NCBI GenBank assembly: GCA_028023455.1
Contig: JAQFVV010000007.1
Span: forward strand, 4,092,001-4,156,000
Direction of reading: 5' to 3'
From: Epiperipatus broadwayi
Lineage: Eukaryota; Animalia; Onychophora
DNA length: 64,000 nt
A model generated the notes under the pieces. The model was not told where the DNA came from. It ran no database searches and was given only the letters and a program-made list of their open reading frames with translations. Every line of letters begins with the position of its first letter. Position 1 is the first letter of the stretch. The translations under genes and the position numbers were made by a program. Positions 38,651-51,670 of this stretch are shown here, in pieces.

Positions 38651-40388
38651 AGTTTGTTATTTTACCAGTATTTTAATGTTATATCATTTTCTATTTTTCA
38701 TTTATTATTACTAGTATAGCGTTAAACAATGATTTTTTAAATATATAATAATTTGATTAAAACATCATTTTAAGATGTAATAATTCTAGGAGCTGATGAA
38801 AATCTCTATCATTATTTTTTATTAAATTTAATTAAATATCTTGCATTACATTGGAATTTTATAAAGGCAATACAGTCAATACTTTGAGATTCTATCTTAT
38901 GAGTATTACCTATAGCCTTGTAAAATCAAGTAATAATTACATCTGAATTAATGCTGAATCTTGCAAATATCAGGAGTCATATCTGCTATCTTAATAAATA
39001 CTCAAGAAGCAATTCAAAATAGTTCCATTTCATCTACTCAATCATAATAACATAAGTTAGTTAATTAATTTTAATAAAGACAGCAGTAGAGGACTTTTTA
39101 TCACTTTCTAAAACGAATATATATATGTGTGTGTGTGTGCATGTGTGTACATTTTGCAGTAGTTCATTATTTAAGAAAATTGTGAAAAGTTAATAATGAA
39201 GTAGATTATACAAAAATTTTTAAAAAAGATTATATGTATATACATAAAAAAATCTGGAGAGATATTTCCAATCGCAGTGCATCAAATATTTATTTCTTGA
39301 TTGCCAGTATGCATGAAGAAATTGACAATTCAATCTACAAGTGATTGGAGCTGATTGGGTTTATAGATGAGATATTATTTTTATATAGCGCTATGTTTTA
39401 ATACTGTAATAGTTATATTAGCGATTAAGCCAATGCACATGCGCTTTAAAGATAAATTATAAATGAATAATAATTACACACACATTCACACACACACATA
39501 TATATATATAATTTAAAAGTTTTAGTGTTCTAATAATTTTAACAACACTGAAAACAAATAATGGTTATAAAATTATGGAATTCTTAGAATGTCGATATTA
39601 TATATTTGTTTTCGTTTCGTGCGCACTAAAGTATCAACTTAAGCTGTAAGCACTCAGAAGTAAATAAGATGTTTAAAATTGAAGAAATTCAAGAATAACA
39701 TACTTTGATTTTTATGAATTGCTATCTTTCTTAATTTTCACAATATACACCGTGAAGAGAATTTGAAGGGGAAAAAAAAACGTTTTTGTATTGCACATTA
39801 ATTAAAAACTTTATTTAATTAATAAAAAAAAAACTGTACTACGAATCAAACTGAAAAGGCAGGCTACATTATTTACTGCAGATGATTAATTAGTACTGAA
39901 TTTAAGTTCATGGAAATTGCTTTTATATAAATAATAGGAGCTATTTATTTAATTTTTCTTTGTCGCAAAAATATTAAATCTTTAAAAGTGAATAAAATAA
40001 CCACAATAATTAAAAATACTAACTAGGACACCCTAATTTTAAAAAGTACAGAAAAAAATTTTTTTTAGTAAATTTTGATAACATTATTTATAGGATTTTT
40101 TGTAAAACAAGTTCTCATTGTTAAATTTCTTTAATTTTAAATTACATTTAAAACATATTTTCTCTCATAAGTATTAAAAACATTTTTTAAAGTTGAGAAA
40201 AAAAACTTTAGTTATTTGTAAGCCTACATGTAGCAGACAAGATATTATACATTTTTCTATTGCATATTAATTCAAAAACCTTATTTAATTAAAAAAAAAA
40301 TGAAATATTTACTAGATTTACTTAAGACTTACTATGTCTTTAGGATTTGATCTGATTCTCAACTGTAATAGACAAAACTATTTAAATA

Positions 40389-40712
40389 AACACATGTTGA
40401 AAAGATAAATAATCACCAATATTCGTATTTCGTGCTAAACCAGCATCATTAAAGTATGAAGATTGGTTATCTTAATATAAAGCTGAGTACTAATTGTATA
40501 TATGTGTGGAGATGGTAATCTGAACCAACTGATGAGTGCTGGTTTAGCACGAATTACGTATATTGGTGATTATTTATCTTTTCAACATGTGATCAGGTGA
40601 GTCAGCAATATAAGATGGCACTGAGAATTGTAGGTCGTGTGAAAATCTGAGTTCGAATCCCACATATATTACATATATAAATGCAGGTGTAAGCCTGTAC
40701 AATGTATTAAAA
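40389..40712 (+). mobile_element. Family A copy with a short inverted 5' segment
   Basis: 40389-40445 is the reverse complement of ~40537-40592. The forward part carries the hammerhead (40524-40567) and the B-box GAGTTCGAATCCC (~40649-40661). Confidence 0.85.
40524..40567 (+). ncRNA. Family A hammerhead with canonical G-C stem II closure but GAAA changed to GAAT
   Basis: ACCAA CTGATGA GTGCT GGTTT AGCAC GAAT TACGTA TA TTGGT. Confidence 0.75.
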
Positions 40713-42624
40713 TAGATTATGCAGAATATGCACGTCCAAAAACACACTCAGTTTGATTTAAACACGCATTTTAACTATTCTTCACATTAATGCTTTTCGT
40801 ATTTTTTTGTTAAATTGTTTTTTTTTTTTTAATGTAGATTTTTAAAATATGTTTTTGATTTAATAACCTAATTAATTTAATGATTAAACGATTATAATTC
40901 TTCATGTCGCAGCTCTAATACCACAGTACCAAAAAAAAAAAAAAACCATAAGGAAATAAACAATTTCAAGAATAGACTAATATGTCCATACTTTGTTTTT
41001 GAATTCTATGAGTGAAAGTGTTAAATTAGACAAACACGTCATTGATGTTATGAAATGCTAAAATGTGCCTAGCAAGCAAATGATAGTAGTTTTTGGATTA
41101 TTTAAATAATTTTATTATTTAAATACCAAGCAATATCGTAAGTTCAACAGTTTATCAATATCATACACAGATGTGTACGCACATACACATATGTAAATAA
41201 CTTGATTAAATAATTATTTTCAACTAATTCGTAGTATAGACAGTATATATGAAACTGTTTTTCTTAATAAGTTTCAATATTATAAATAAAATAAGAAAAA
41301 TATATACAATAATATATAATTAAAATTAACCAAAGAAAATAACTATTTAACACAACCATTGATTTCACTGCTAAAAGCAGACGTCTCAAGTGCAAAGGAC
41401 TAACTGTACAGTCTTTCTAAAAGCTATATAATGTATTAAGCATTACAGTGTGTTGATTTTTTCTATCGCATATAAAATATAAAAAAGAAAAAAACTTTTT
41501 TTTTTAAATTTATGCATTTAGTCTATTTAAAAAAAATATTAGTATTATTATCTATTGATTAAAACAGAGGAACCCTAAGATAATTAATTGATTTAGTAAA
41601 GAAACCCCTTTCAACAAGATTAATTGATCAAAGGACAAAATTGTCAACTTTTTTTGTTTAATCGTCTAAAAAAAATTAAATACATCACTTTTAAAATTTG
41701 GAAGCTCAAAAGTGGTTTATAATTGCCATTAAGAGCTTTTTATTTGTATAAAAAAGAGCACACATACACTTATATAACTTTTTATGAATATTTACATATA
41801 CAATCTTTAGATGTATGAGACAAATTTCTATTGACTAGAAGTATATATATTTTTAATTTTTTAAAATTCTCTTTAAAAATAAGAAATCAAGTTTCTTTGG
41901 ATGACAACAATCTTGAGCAGTGTTTCATAAATTTAAGCTGAATAAAAAAAAAAAACTTAGGTATTTGATAGTTAAAAACAATTAAAAACATTGCTCAGGG
42001 ATTTCTAGTATAATAATATAAATGAAGTATATATAACGTTTAAATGCATATACTATAAGAATTTTTTACAAGTCAAACATTATAGTTATTTTAATAAACT
42101 TTCAAAATAATGTCTTCTTGTATCACTATATTCTGTCAAGTGAATTAACTTTTATATCGTCTTCAAAATGTGTACTGATTAATCCTATTAATTTAACAAA
42201 TCGGTAAATAAATAACTATTAATTATATAAGACTGACAATATATAATAATATTTATAAATAATAATTTTTAAATGCACATACTGTAATTTAGTAACTTAT
42301 AAATCAGACTTTTTAGAGCCTAGAGCCATTTTAATGAACTTGCAAATTATGTCCTCTTATTCCAATGTTAAATAAAAGAAAGGCGGAGCTAAAAAAGTTT
42401 ACTGCTAGGGCAAGTAATCTATATTGGAGAGGGACGTGCAGTATAAAAGTATTAATTGTATGCATTTTTTTGATAGGTAACTATTAACAAAATAGCATAA
42501 GAAACTTGCAGAAATTGCAACCTAAAAATTAGATCCACCCTTAGTTTTATTAAGTCTTTCCTTTCTGCATCTATAGCCATAGATTCAATAGTCATTAATT
42601 ATATAGTTTATAATTTATTTTTGT

Positions 42625-42738
<114 letters not shown>

Positions 42739-42771
42739 CAATACTAGTATATTGTCTATACTAAACAATAG

Positions 42772-43290
42772 AATTAGAAGGGACTTCAACTCAGACTTTC
42801 AATCTCCCTATACTTATACATTCTATCTTATACAACTAATACAAATGATCACATACTTGTGAAAAAGATAAATAATCTTCAATATAATATTTTGTGCTAA
42901 GCCAGTACTTATCAGTTGTTCCATATTTCCATATACCATGCACATATACAACCGGTTCTCAGTTTATATTAAGATAGCAAATCTTTAAACTTTAATGGAC
43001 AAGCTTCAATCTTCTCCACTCTCCAACTCTTCAGCCTTCCATATCATTGAAAATCTGATAGTGGAACACTCAAAACCCTTATTGATGCAAATATTATTGT
43101 TGTACCCATGTTGACCCCAAGTCACTCTGATTCCTCACATATAGGATCTTAATATGTCCACAGAAGAGAGATGGGCAGAATATAGCCTGAATATGTAATA
43201 TTGTATATACTAATGTATTGTAATTAGAAAGAACTTGAACTTAGACTTTCAACTCACTACAGCAGTGCACTCTATCTTATACAATGTGAA
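42772..43290 (-). mobile_element. Older family A copy: one ~450-bp monomer plus a restart, with a decayed hammerhead at 42878-42920
   Basis: aattagaa..gactt.aact.agactttcaa occurs at 42772 and 43222. The minus strand reads AACAA CTGATAA GTACT GGCTT AGCAC AAAA TATTA TA TTGAA. Confidence 0.75.
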
Positions 43291-44377
43291 CATTGTATAA
43301 AGACCATTATGTAAAATATTGTATTTACTACAATTATCATTTAATGTTATTTGCATTTTCTAATGATGCGATTTTATTGAATAAATTAATGGTTTTCTGC
43401 TCTAAAGAGTTTTTAAAAGTTTTGAAAAACCATTTTTCCAAACAAAATTTGTAGCAGTTTTTAATTTATTTTGAAAGATTTTTTTCAATATGAATTGTTA
43501 AAAATAAAAATTGTTCACAAAAGCTTTTTCTTAGACGAAATACAGTTTGGTCAACAGATAGGTGACTTACAACTATTGGCAAAATTCTTATTAATATGAT
43601 TCTTTCAAAAAGGTTGTAGGGAACATAATAATTTTGCATGATAATCTTTTGGATCATTGCTAGCTTTATTTCTGAGAAAACTATAGTTCTGCTTGCTCCA
43701 AAAGTCTTTTCTGGTTTAAGATAATCAAGGGAAAGTTTATCAGATTGATTTTAGTGGATCATTATAAAAAAAAAACTTGTAATTCTGCTCTAATAATGAT
43801 TTTTTTTTATTCTGTCAATACTGGATTTAGAAGTCTGACAAATAAGATTGGTGACTTCATTAGCAGTAATAGTGATAACTCTTTTAGAGGTATTTCCTCA
43901 AATTTTGCAAAAGTGTCCAGGCCTTACAACTATAACTTGTAATGTTTTGCTTCTCCACTGTCTATACTTTTTTTCTTTTGACAACATCCAGCAATTTCCA
44001 TTTTTAACTGGTTAAAGCAGATTAAAAATAGATCTCAAACAGCAATCTGCATTTAGTTTGCAAATTTATTTTAGCCAGAAAAAATATAACTAACTATAAA
44101 ATGCATGTAAGTGAAATGTAAAAAAAGTTAACAGAAAAGGGAAAAAACATAAAAATAAATGCTCTATACTAAACAAAAGTAAAAAATAAATAAAATTTAC
44201 CACATTTAAGATTCATTATTACAGAAAATAAAGTATTCTTTTAAGCATTTACTAAAAGAAATGTGGATTTCAATTTATAAAAAATTCATTTAAAATTATT
44301 GACAGTATATATTTTATTTGATGATTAATCAAATATAAATTTAATGAGAAAGAGATTCAAGGCAAAATAGATGGATG

Positions 44378-44728
44378 CATTGGGTAGGATGACAATCTTG
44401 CCACTAATGTAAACTTTGAACATTCCATCATCAGATTTTCTATGAAATGAAAGGCTGAAGAGTTGTGGGTTAGAGTAGTTTGAAGCCTGTCCATTAAAGT
44501 ATGAAGATTGGCTATCTTAATATAAAGCTGAGCATTGATTGTATATATGTGTGGAGATGGTAATCTGGACCAATTGATGAGTGCTGGTTTAGCATGAAAT
44601 ATGTATATTGGTGATTACTTATCTTTTCAACATGTGTGTTATCAGGTGGGTCAGCAATATGAGATGACATGGAGAGTTGAGGGTCATGTGAAAGTCTAAA
44701 TTTGAAGCCTGTATAGTGTATTAATTTA
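44378..44728 (+). mobile_element. Family A partial copy with a hammerhead at 44569-44612 (C3 changed to T)
   Basis: ACCAA TTGATGA GTGCT GGTTT AGCAT GAAA TATGTA TA TTGGT, with flanks colinear with the 56556-57035 unit. Confidence 0.85.
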
Positions 44729-45346
44729 CAAAATAAATAGACTAAAATACTATACTAGCATTTTATAATCACAAACAGATGTAATTTACATAATTACAAA
44801 AGTAAGTACTACATTGTTATGAATAAACACAACTGAACAATTTCAAGAAGTTTTGTAAAATGATTTCTATTTAAATATTGAGTGAATAAAACATGTGACA
44901 AATAAAACAAATATTGTAAAAAGTTAAATGGAATATAAAAGAGGAAAACATGCAAACAAAATTTTGAAATGTCATCATTTAAACTGTTTCAAAGAGTGAA
45001 ACATTAGAAATTGAGGTACCCAAAGTTAAGACATGCCTTTAACCTCAATAGTTGTCATGGATTTTTAAAAATTAATCATAACTGATATGCAAAAATAAAA
45101 GTATTTTTTTCTATTCATGTCATCTTCAACTTGCTTCATTTCTTATAAAAGACTCATTATGGAGAATTGTCTTTGTAACTTTTGATATAGAACACAGATG
45201 GAACATTAGCGAAGAATCTAATTCTGACATTTCTAGGAACTCAAACTTCTTATGAATTCCAGAGCAAAAAAGTTATCACTTATTTTTTATTTAATAACAC
45301 ATAATTTTATGTGAAAAAAAATTGAATGTCCTTTTTTTTTTTCAAG

Positions 45347-45424
45347 TGTCATAGCATCGGCCGCGCAACTCGGGCAACTGCTTGTAAGGCAGTCGCACTG
45401 ACCTCTCGACCAGTTCATAACAAG
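45347..45424 (-). mobile_element. tRNA-derived SINE head (same family as 9680-9780)
   Basis: Minus strand ggtcgagaggtcagtgcgACTGC CTTACAA GCAGTtgcccgagttgcgcggccgatgctatgaca, with a 5-bp anticodon-like stem and a 7-nt loop. Confidence 0.6.
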
Positions 45425-47012
45425 TTCATGCTCCGGAAATATCAGCCCTGTGATCGATCCCAGGATAAATTTACATTCAAGAGTCGGCCATTTTATCACA
45501 ACGTTAAACGATATAGGGCATAGAATTTTATTTATTCTCTATCATTTGTAACATATTGCGATTCGTTATTCTATACGTATGATCACAGAGAATATTTGTA
45601 ATAATATATTTTATATATGTGTGCACAATATTTGCCATTTTTAAAAATTGTAAAGTTATTTTTTGTCTAATAAATCTTAATTAGTTGTAAAGAATTATAA
45701 ACAATGTTTCACTAAAAGTATTTAAATTTAATTTTTTTATATACTTATCCTTTCAACGACGAATTGTTTCTTTTAATAAATAAAATTATTAAATCAAAAG
45801 CAACTGTTTACATATGATAAGCTTAATTCTAATCCCTTTCCTCTACTAATATGATAATTTTTAATTGAATTTTCCTTTTATCTAGTTTATAATTAAAATA
45901 TACGTTTATTTCATAAAAATCATTAACTGAAACAAATACAAAATGAAGGCTTCTTTTAAATTTAAATCTAAAAATGTGAAATTTAAAGCCAATTAAATTT
46001 TATTATAAAAATTACTCTAAAGCTGAATTATTTTTTCCATAATTTCACCTCTGCTTGATAACCTTCTTAGTGTGTCAGTAGAAGCTGATTATAATTAATC
46101 TATCAATTTTAATACTTCAATTATCAATCTGATTTCTCCCTCTAGAGAGGCAACCAAATTATGTTTATAATTAAGAATAAAATCAAATAGAATTTCAAAT
46201 AAAAATTTGCACTTTTATTATATGATGTTCAATTATTCTCAAAATTAAATAGCTTTTAAATAATAAATGATTATTTTTTCAAATAAGATATATGTAACAA
46301 ATATGAGAATATTCTTATTCCCAAATAATATATGTATATTAATAAATTCTCTATCAGCGGGGACAACAAAAATATTTATCTGCTATCAAGGAAATTTATT
46401 TATTAACCCTTTCTTTACAACATGTCATTAAACAAAACTTCAAACATAAATATGCATGATTTACATTTTAGAACGCATTAACATTTTTGTTTAATATTTC
46501 TGTTCCATCTTTGTTTCAGTGCAACCAAAGATTTAGTTCTCTAGCACAAGCAAAGGTCAAATCTTGAATTAATTGAAGTTTATTTCTAGTTTATCTTAGT
46601 AATTTTGTCCTCAAGACTATTTGCTATTGATCAGCCAATGATTCAGACATATATTATTAAATATTATTAAGTGGCTAGTCGTGCAGATAATTTATTGTAA
46701 TGGAAAATTCTAGAGATCAGAGTTTATGATTGATCAACTTTGTTTCTTCTTATGTTTAAACTTCATGAATTCCCATGCAATATTCCATTCAATTTTTTAA
46801 AGTAATTTATTGAATAATATTAGATAAATAAAAAAAACAAAAAGTGTAAATTAACATTTATTCAATGAAATGGAAGGAAAAATACATGTCAATATTTGCA
46901 ACAATTCTTTTACTTGAAATTTGAAGATATGGTGTATTATATTTAGTATAAACATTATAATTTTATTTGCAAGATTTCTGCTTACAAGCAAAGATAATGG
47001 TATATAAGATAA

Positions 47013-47444
47013 ATTCAATAGCAGTTTATTTTTTCTCACCTGAGTTATGCAGCCTAATGTAAGTTTTAGTAATCAGTAGATGCCAAAGGGTAGTGCTTTT
47101 AAAATACCTATTCATTGCTATCTTATCAATATTTCCAGTCTAGTTTATAATTCATGGATTCCATCAATGAGAAGCATTTGAAACTGGAAGCAGTATATTT
47201 GAATTTTTTTACATCTAATGCTTCTTTCCACTAGTAACCAATTTTTGTTTCTTTGTTTTACTATGCAGTTATGGCCTAAATTCAAAATCTTCTCCTGATG
47301 ATCATAAGCTAGAAAGTAGTCTGGGAATATTGGATAAGACATCATTGGATAAGAATTCAATAAGCACTATCACCTTATATCTATTGATTACTAAAGCTTA
47401 CATTAGATAGCATATGGTGAGAGAATAAAGAATTGCTACTGAAT
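47013..47444. repeat. Imperfect fold-back (MITE-like) with ~130-bp arms
   Basis: 47013-47145 matches the reverse complement of ~47315-47444 (ctaatgtaag.tttagtaatca.tagat). Confidence 0.75.
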
Positions 47445-49123
47445 AGTACAAGTGGTGTCATGTGACAACTTATTAGTTTTTACAACATATAAATTAACAA
47501 TTATTTTGCATTTTGTTTTTAAAATAAAACACTTCATGACTTCTTTTTTTTTTGTTTTTTTTTACTAATACATTTTATATAAACATAATTTACTTAATAT
47601 ACTATTTCTGCAGGTAAAGTTTTATAGTATAATGATCCTTTTAATTTTTACAACATTCTCTAGTGCTTCTTTTTATATCCTATAGCTATCTTCTGTTTTT
47701 TATTACTGTAAATAGCATCCTATATAAATATTTTTTAAATTTCTCTGTAAACTTGCTCTTAGATAAAATCCTATTTATTATCTCTCAGAATCTTTTGCAT
47801 ATGAATCAGATATACATATTTCTAAGGCAAAAAGTCAGAGACAAATTTATATATATATATTGTACCAATATTGAAATTGGCACATGATAATTTATCTAAA
47901 AAAATTATTAAAATAGTCTTTCGTAAAAGAAAACGTATTTAAAAGTTTAAGAGTTTTATTACAGTTTATTTTCGTAAAAGAGTTTGAAATAAAAGTTAGA
48001 AAATAATTGATTAAAAGGGGGGAGGGGGAGTTTTGTTTAGAAAAGATAAAACTAAGAGTTCATAAAAGTTAAAGAGTGTTATTATTATTATAAATTAAAA
48101 GTTAAAATATAAATCTCTTTTTATTCCAGTTTATTAGAATAAATGCGTATATATATGCGATGGTAAATAAAAACAAATGTAAGCTTGTTAATAAGATATA
48201 TAATAAGTGCATGTTAAAATCATATTGAAAAACACATGAAAATAAATATTGAAATGAAATGTATTTAAAAACACAGTGGTGAGCTGCTAATTAAAGATAT
48301 AAAAACAACACTTTTATGAAGGCTACTACTAATTAAACAATCTTCAAAAACACATTGTCAAAGGATTAGTTATTAGGGGAATTTTGACAACACTTATTGC
48401 CGGAGGATATTAAAACAAAAACACTTCACATACATAAATAGCTAGATTTTTATCAGACGTCCAGTTTCAGCCTAGTTTTCAGTTTGTCTAGTGTCAGTCT
48501 AGTGTCAGTCTTGTTTCACCAGAGATAACAGTGCAATTCATATTATGTATCCAGAAACAGAAATGCAGTGCTGAGCAGCTTTTGGAAATATATACTTTTC
48601 AGCCCTTAGTCAAACAAGATCAGCAAGACCTGCCCATGAAATAATATCTACTTAACAGCTCAGAAATCCTCCATCAATGTTCAACTGTCTCCAAGAATAA
48701 AACCAATGGATTATCATCAAATCTCAAAAAACGTCAAATCTAATTGGTTAGATATACTCCGTCAGAAGCAGCTACAACAAGCAATATCCACATTCCAAAA
48801 ATCCTAGGTAAAACATTTTATTATTCTCATTTATATATAGTAGCCACTGCTGTAATTCATAAATCCTACAGAGACAAGTAATTTGAACTCTATAAGCATG
48901 CATAAAATGAACTATTGATGTGCGTGTTTGTGAATGATAGATAATTTATCAATGTCAAATATTATTTTGCTTTTTCATAAGATAGATTATATTGTGTTAA
49001 TTTAAAATGTGTGTGACAAAAATACCAATATTATGTTAGTTAAAAATTATAAAGATATTTAAATTTAGTATAATTAATGCTAGTTAAAATAAATTGTCGT
49101 TAAACTAAAACTTTATTTGTCGG

Positions 49124-49190
49124 TCAATTCTTTTTATCAAATTCTTTTTATCAATTTCTTTTTATCAATCTCTTTTTATCAATTCTTTTT
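49124..49190. repeat. ~14-bp tandem repeat (tcaattctttttta), about 5 copies
   Basis: Directly visible. Confidence 0.9.
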
Positions 49191-49587
49191 TCTATATTTT
49201 ATTATTGATTAAAATTAGACTGGGCTAGTTTTGGGATAGTTTCAAGCACTGGATTATGAGCCTACTGACAAGATAGTTAGTCTGAGACTAGCTGGCACCC
49301 GGGGTTTACTCCAAAACAAATAAAGTGTTTGGATAGTAAGGGTTTGAATCTAGCAGCCGAGGTGGGCCATTGTTGATAGTTAAAGCTATCAATAATATCT
49401 CCCATTTTGCTTGAATGTGCCGGTTCATTCACGTAACATTTATAATCAAATAAGATTATAAATGTATTACGAAAAGAAGTTTGAAACCAGCCAAAACATA
49501 CATATGTGCAAGTAAGTTCTTCAGCAGAACCATCCGGCACTGTGTATATATATTATAATCTTATAATTAAATATTAATAAATACAAT

Positions 49588-50545
49588 AAAATAACTATAT
49601 ATAAAGTACAACTTTAAAAACTTATCCACCTAGGAGTGCTTTCAACTAGCCTCATAGACTTTATCAACTAACACTAATTATTTTTTAAGGTTTCTTCAAA
49701 TCTACTTTCAAAGTCTAGCATTCCCATAATTCATTCATTTTTACATTTTCTGCCTGTCTATTTATTAAGTCATACATTTATATATTAACATAGATTCTTT
49801 TATTTTCATTTTATTATTGTTTTTTTCGATTTGTAATATTTTCACATTATTATAATCAAAATTAAAACCATATATACATAACCTATTATAATCATAAAAA
49901 ACTGAAGTTGAAATGTTATCATTTCCATAACAATTTTGTTTTATTTCTTGAACTCTTTTTAATAACTGCAAGTATTCTTTAGTTCTTTTCTCCAGGTACA
50001 TCTTGATTTCCCCTATATATTTACTATCACATTTACATCTTCATTTATATATGATGCAATTTTGATTTAAGAATGAGGTTATAGCTTTTAAATTATTTGT
50101 TATTTATTATTTTATTTAATTCAAGTGATAATGAATATATAGGGGAATCAAGATATACATTGGAGAAAAGAACTAAAACAGACTCACCGTTATTAAAAAG
50201 AGTTCAAAAAATAAAACAAAATTGTAATGGAAATGATAATGTTTTAGCTTCAGATGGTTATGTATATATGGTTTTAAAATTGATTATAATAATGTAAAAA
50301 TATTACAAATTGAAAGAAACTATAATAAAATGAAAATAAAGGAAGTTATGTTAATATATAAATGTAAGTATGACTAATGTAGCAAATGTAAAAATAAATG
50401 AATTATGGGAAGGATAGACTTTGGAAGTGTGCTTGAAGATAACTTAAAAAGGAATTAGTGTTAGTTGATAAAGACTATGGGTTAGTTGAAAGCATTCCTA
50501 GATGGATAAAAGTTTTTAAAGTTGCACTTTATATATAGTTATTTT
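49588..50545. mobile_element. Head-to-head inverted pair of PLE 3' (GIY-YIG) fragments
   Basis: Arms 49588-50021 and 50134-50545 are reverse complements. They encode YIGESRYTLEKRTK and FDYNNVKILQIEK...IKESMLI, which are GIY-YIG-like. Confidence 0.75.
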
Positions 50546-51420
50546 ACTATATTTATTAATATTCAAATACAAGATTACATATATAACTTTGAAGAAATAT
50601 AGGGATTGAATAATAATAGCATTACACACACATATGTATATATAATGTAACAGTATAAAAGTAAACAAGAGACAGACTTTATTTACATGCCCAAACTTTG
50701 TATTCCATCTGTATAGGAATAAATTATATAATATCAAATCTGTAAAGAAATAAATTTAAATAATAATTTTATTTAAGCTATACTAGTAAAGTAATTCAAA
50801 ATGTACATTGAATAAAGTTACAATTTATTAATAATATTTATATATTAAATAAGTATCAACCTGACTGGATGGCAAAATTGTAATACACAATTTAAATACT
50901 TCTTTTGAAAATTTATAATAGATATATTAGTTAATAGTTTATATTAGGAATAATTCATAAAATAACTTCTTTATATTATTTAAGCCTGATGATTATACAA
51001 AATTTATGTCAATAATTTATTGATTAATGTCTTTGCAAACCTTAAGTTCACTTTTAATATTCACTGAATTCTAACAAAGTAATAAAATTTATATTCTTTC
51101 ATTGATTAAATTTTAAATGTCTGTAATTGCAAAAAACTTCTAATTATTATTATATCATATATCTATCAAATCAAATAAGATTATTGACTCAAATTTAATA
51201 ATAAACAATAATTTTATTTATAAAATAAAAAATAAGACATTAAATAATATGTATTTGTCTGAAGGTTTGTAATGATGGTATATTATAAGATGTGATATGT
51301 TGGACTATTTCCATCACTTATGAGTGAATGTTGAATGTATAAAAATTTTTTTTTAAAACTTTCCAAATACAAACAACTTGTTAGTAATAACACACAAATA
51401 GACAATACAGGTTAGTAATT

Positions 51421-51465
51421 ACACAACATTTTGAGTAGTATTATTCTCCACTCCTCTTCAGGTGT
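51421..51465 (-). ncRNA. Family B hammerhead (G12 changed to A)
   Basis: ACAC CTGAAGA G GAGTGG agaataata CTACTC AAAA TG TT GTGT. Confidence 0.7.
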
Positions 51466-51516
51466 TGCTGGCCTATATGCACAGTGACAATGTTAGTAAT
51501 AACACACAAATAGACA

Positions 51517-51561
51517 ATACAACATTTCAAGTAGTATTATTCTCCACTCTTCTTCAGGTGT
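51517..51561 (-). ncRNA. Family B hammerhead, core intact
   Basis: ACAC CTGAAGA A GAGTGG agaataata CTACTT GAAA TG TT GTAT, with one mismatch in stem I. Confidence 0.7.
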
Positions 51562-51626
51562 TGCTGGCCTCTATGCACAGTAACAATATTCACTTAGAAT
51601 ATTGTCACTGTGCATATAGGCCAGCA

Positions 51627-51670
51627 ACACCTGAAGAGGAGTGGAGAATACTACTACTCGAAACATATAA
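51627..51670 (+). ncRNA. Family B hammerhead, core intact, 3' strand of stem I damaged
   Basis: ACAC CTGAAGA G GAGTGG agaatacta CTACTC GAAA CA TA TAA. Confidence 0.65.

Noticed and set aside
37140-38800. Possible mitochondrial insertion (very AT-rich, T-skewed)
   Set aside because: I recognise no mitochondrial gene, tRNA or rRNA motif. Weak PLE RT motifs explain it better.
47290-47326. CTGATGA-TCATAAGCTA-GAAA-GTAG-TC in the spacer of a fold-back
   Set aside because: The core words are present but stems II and III do not pair and stem I is out of register. It is a single occurrence.
50980-51012. CTGATGA-TTATAC-AAAA motif
   Set aside because: There is no GAAA and no room for stem II.
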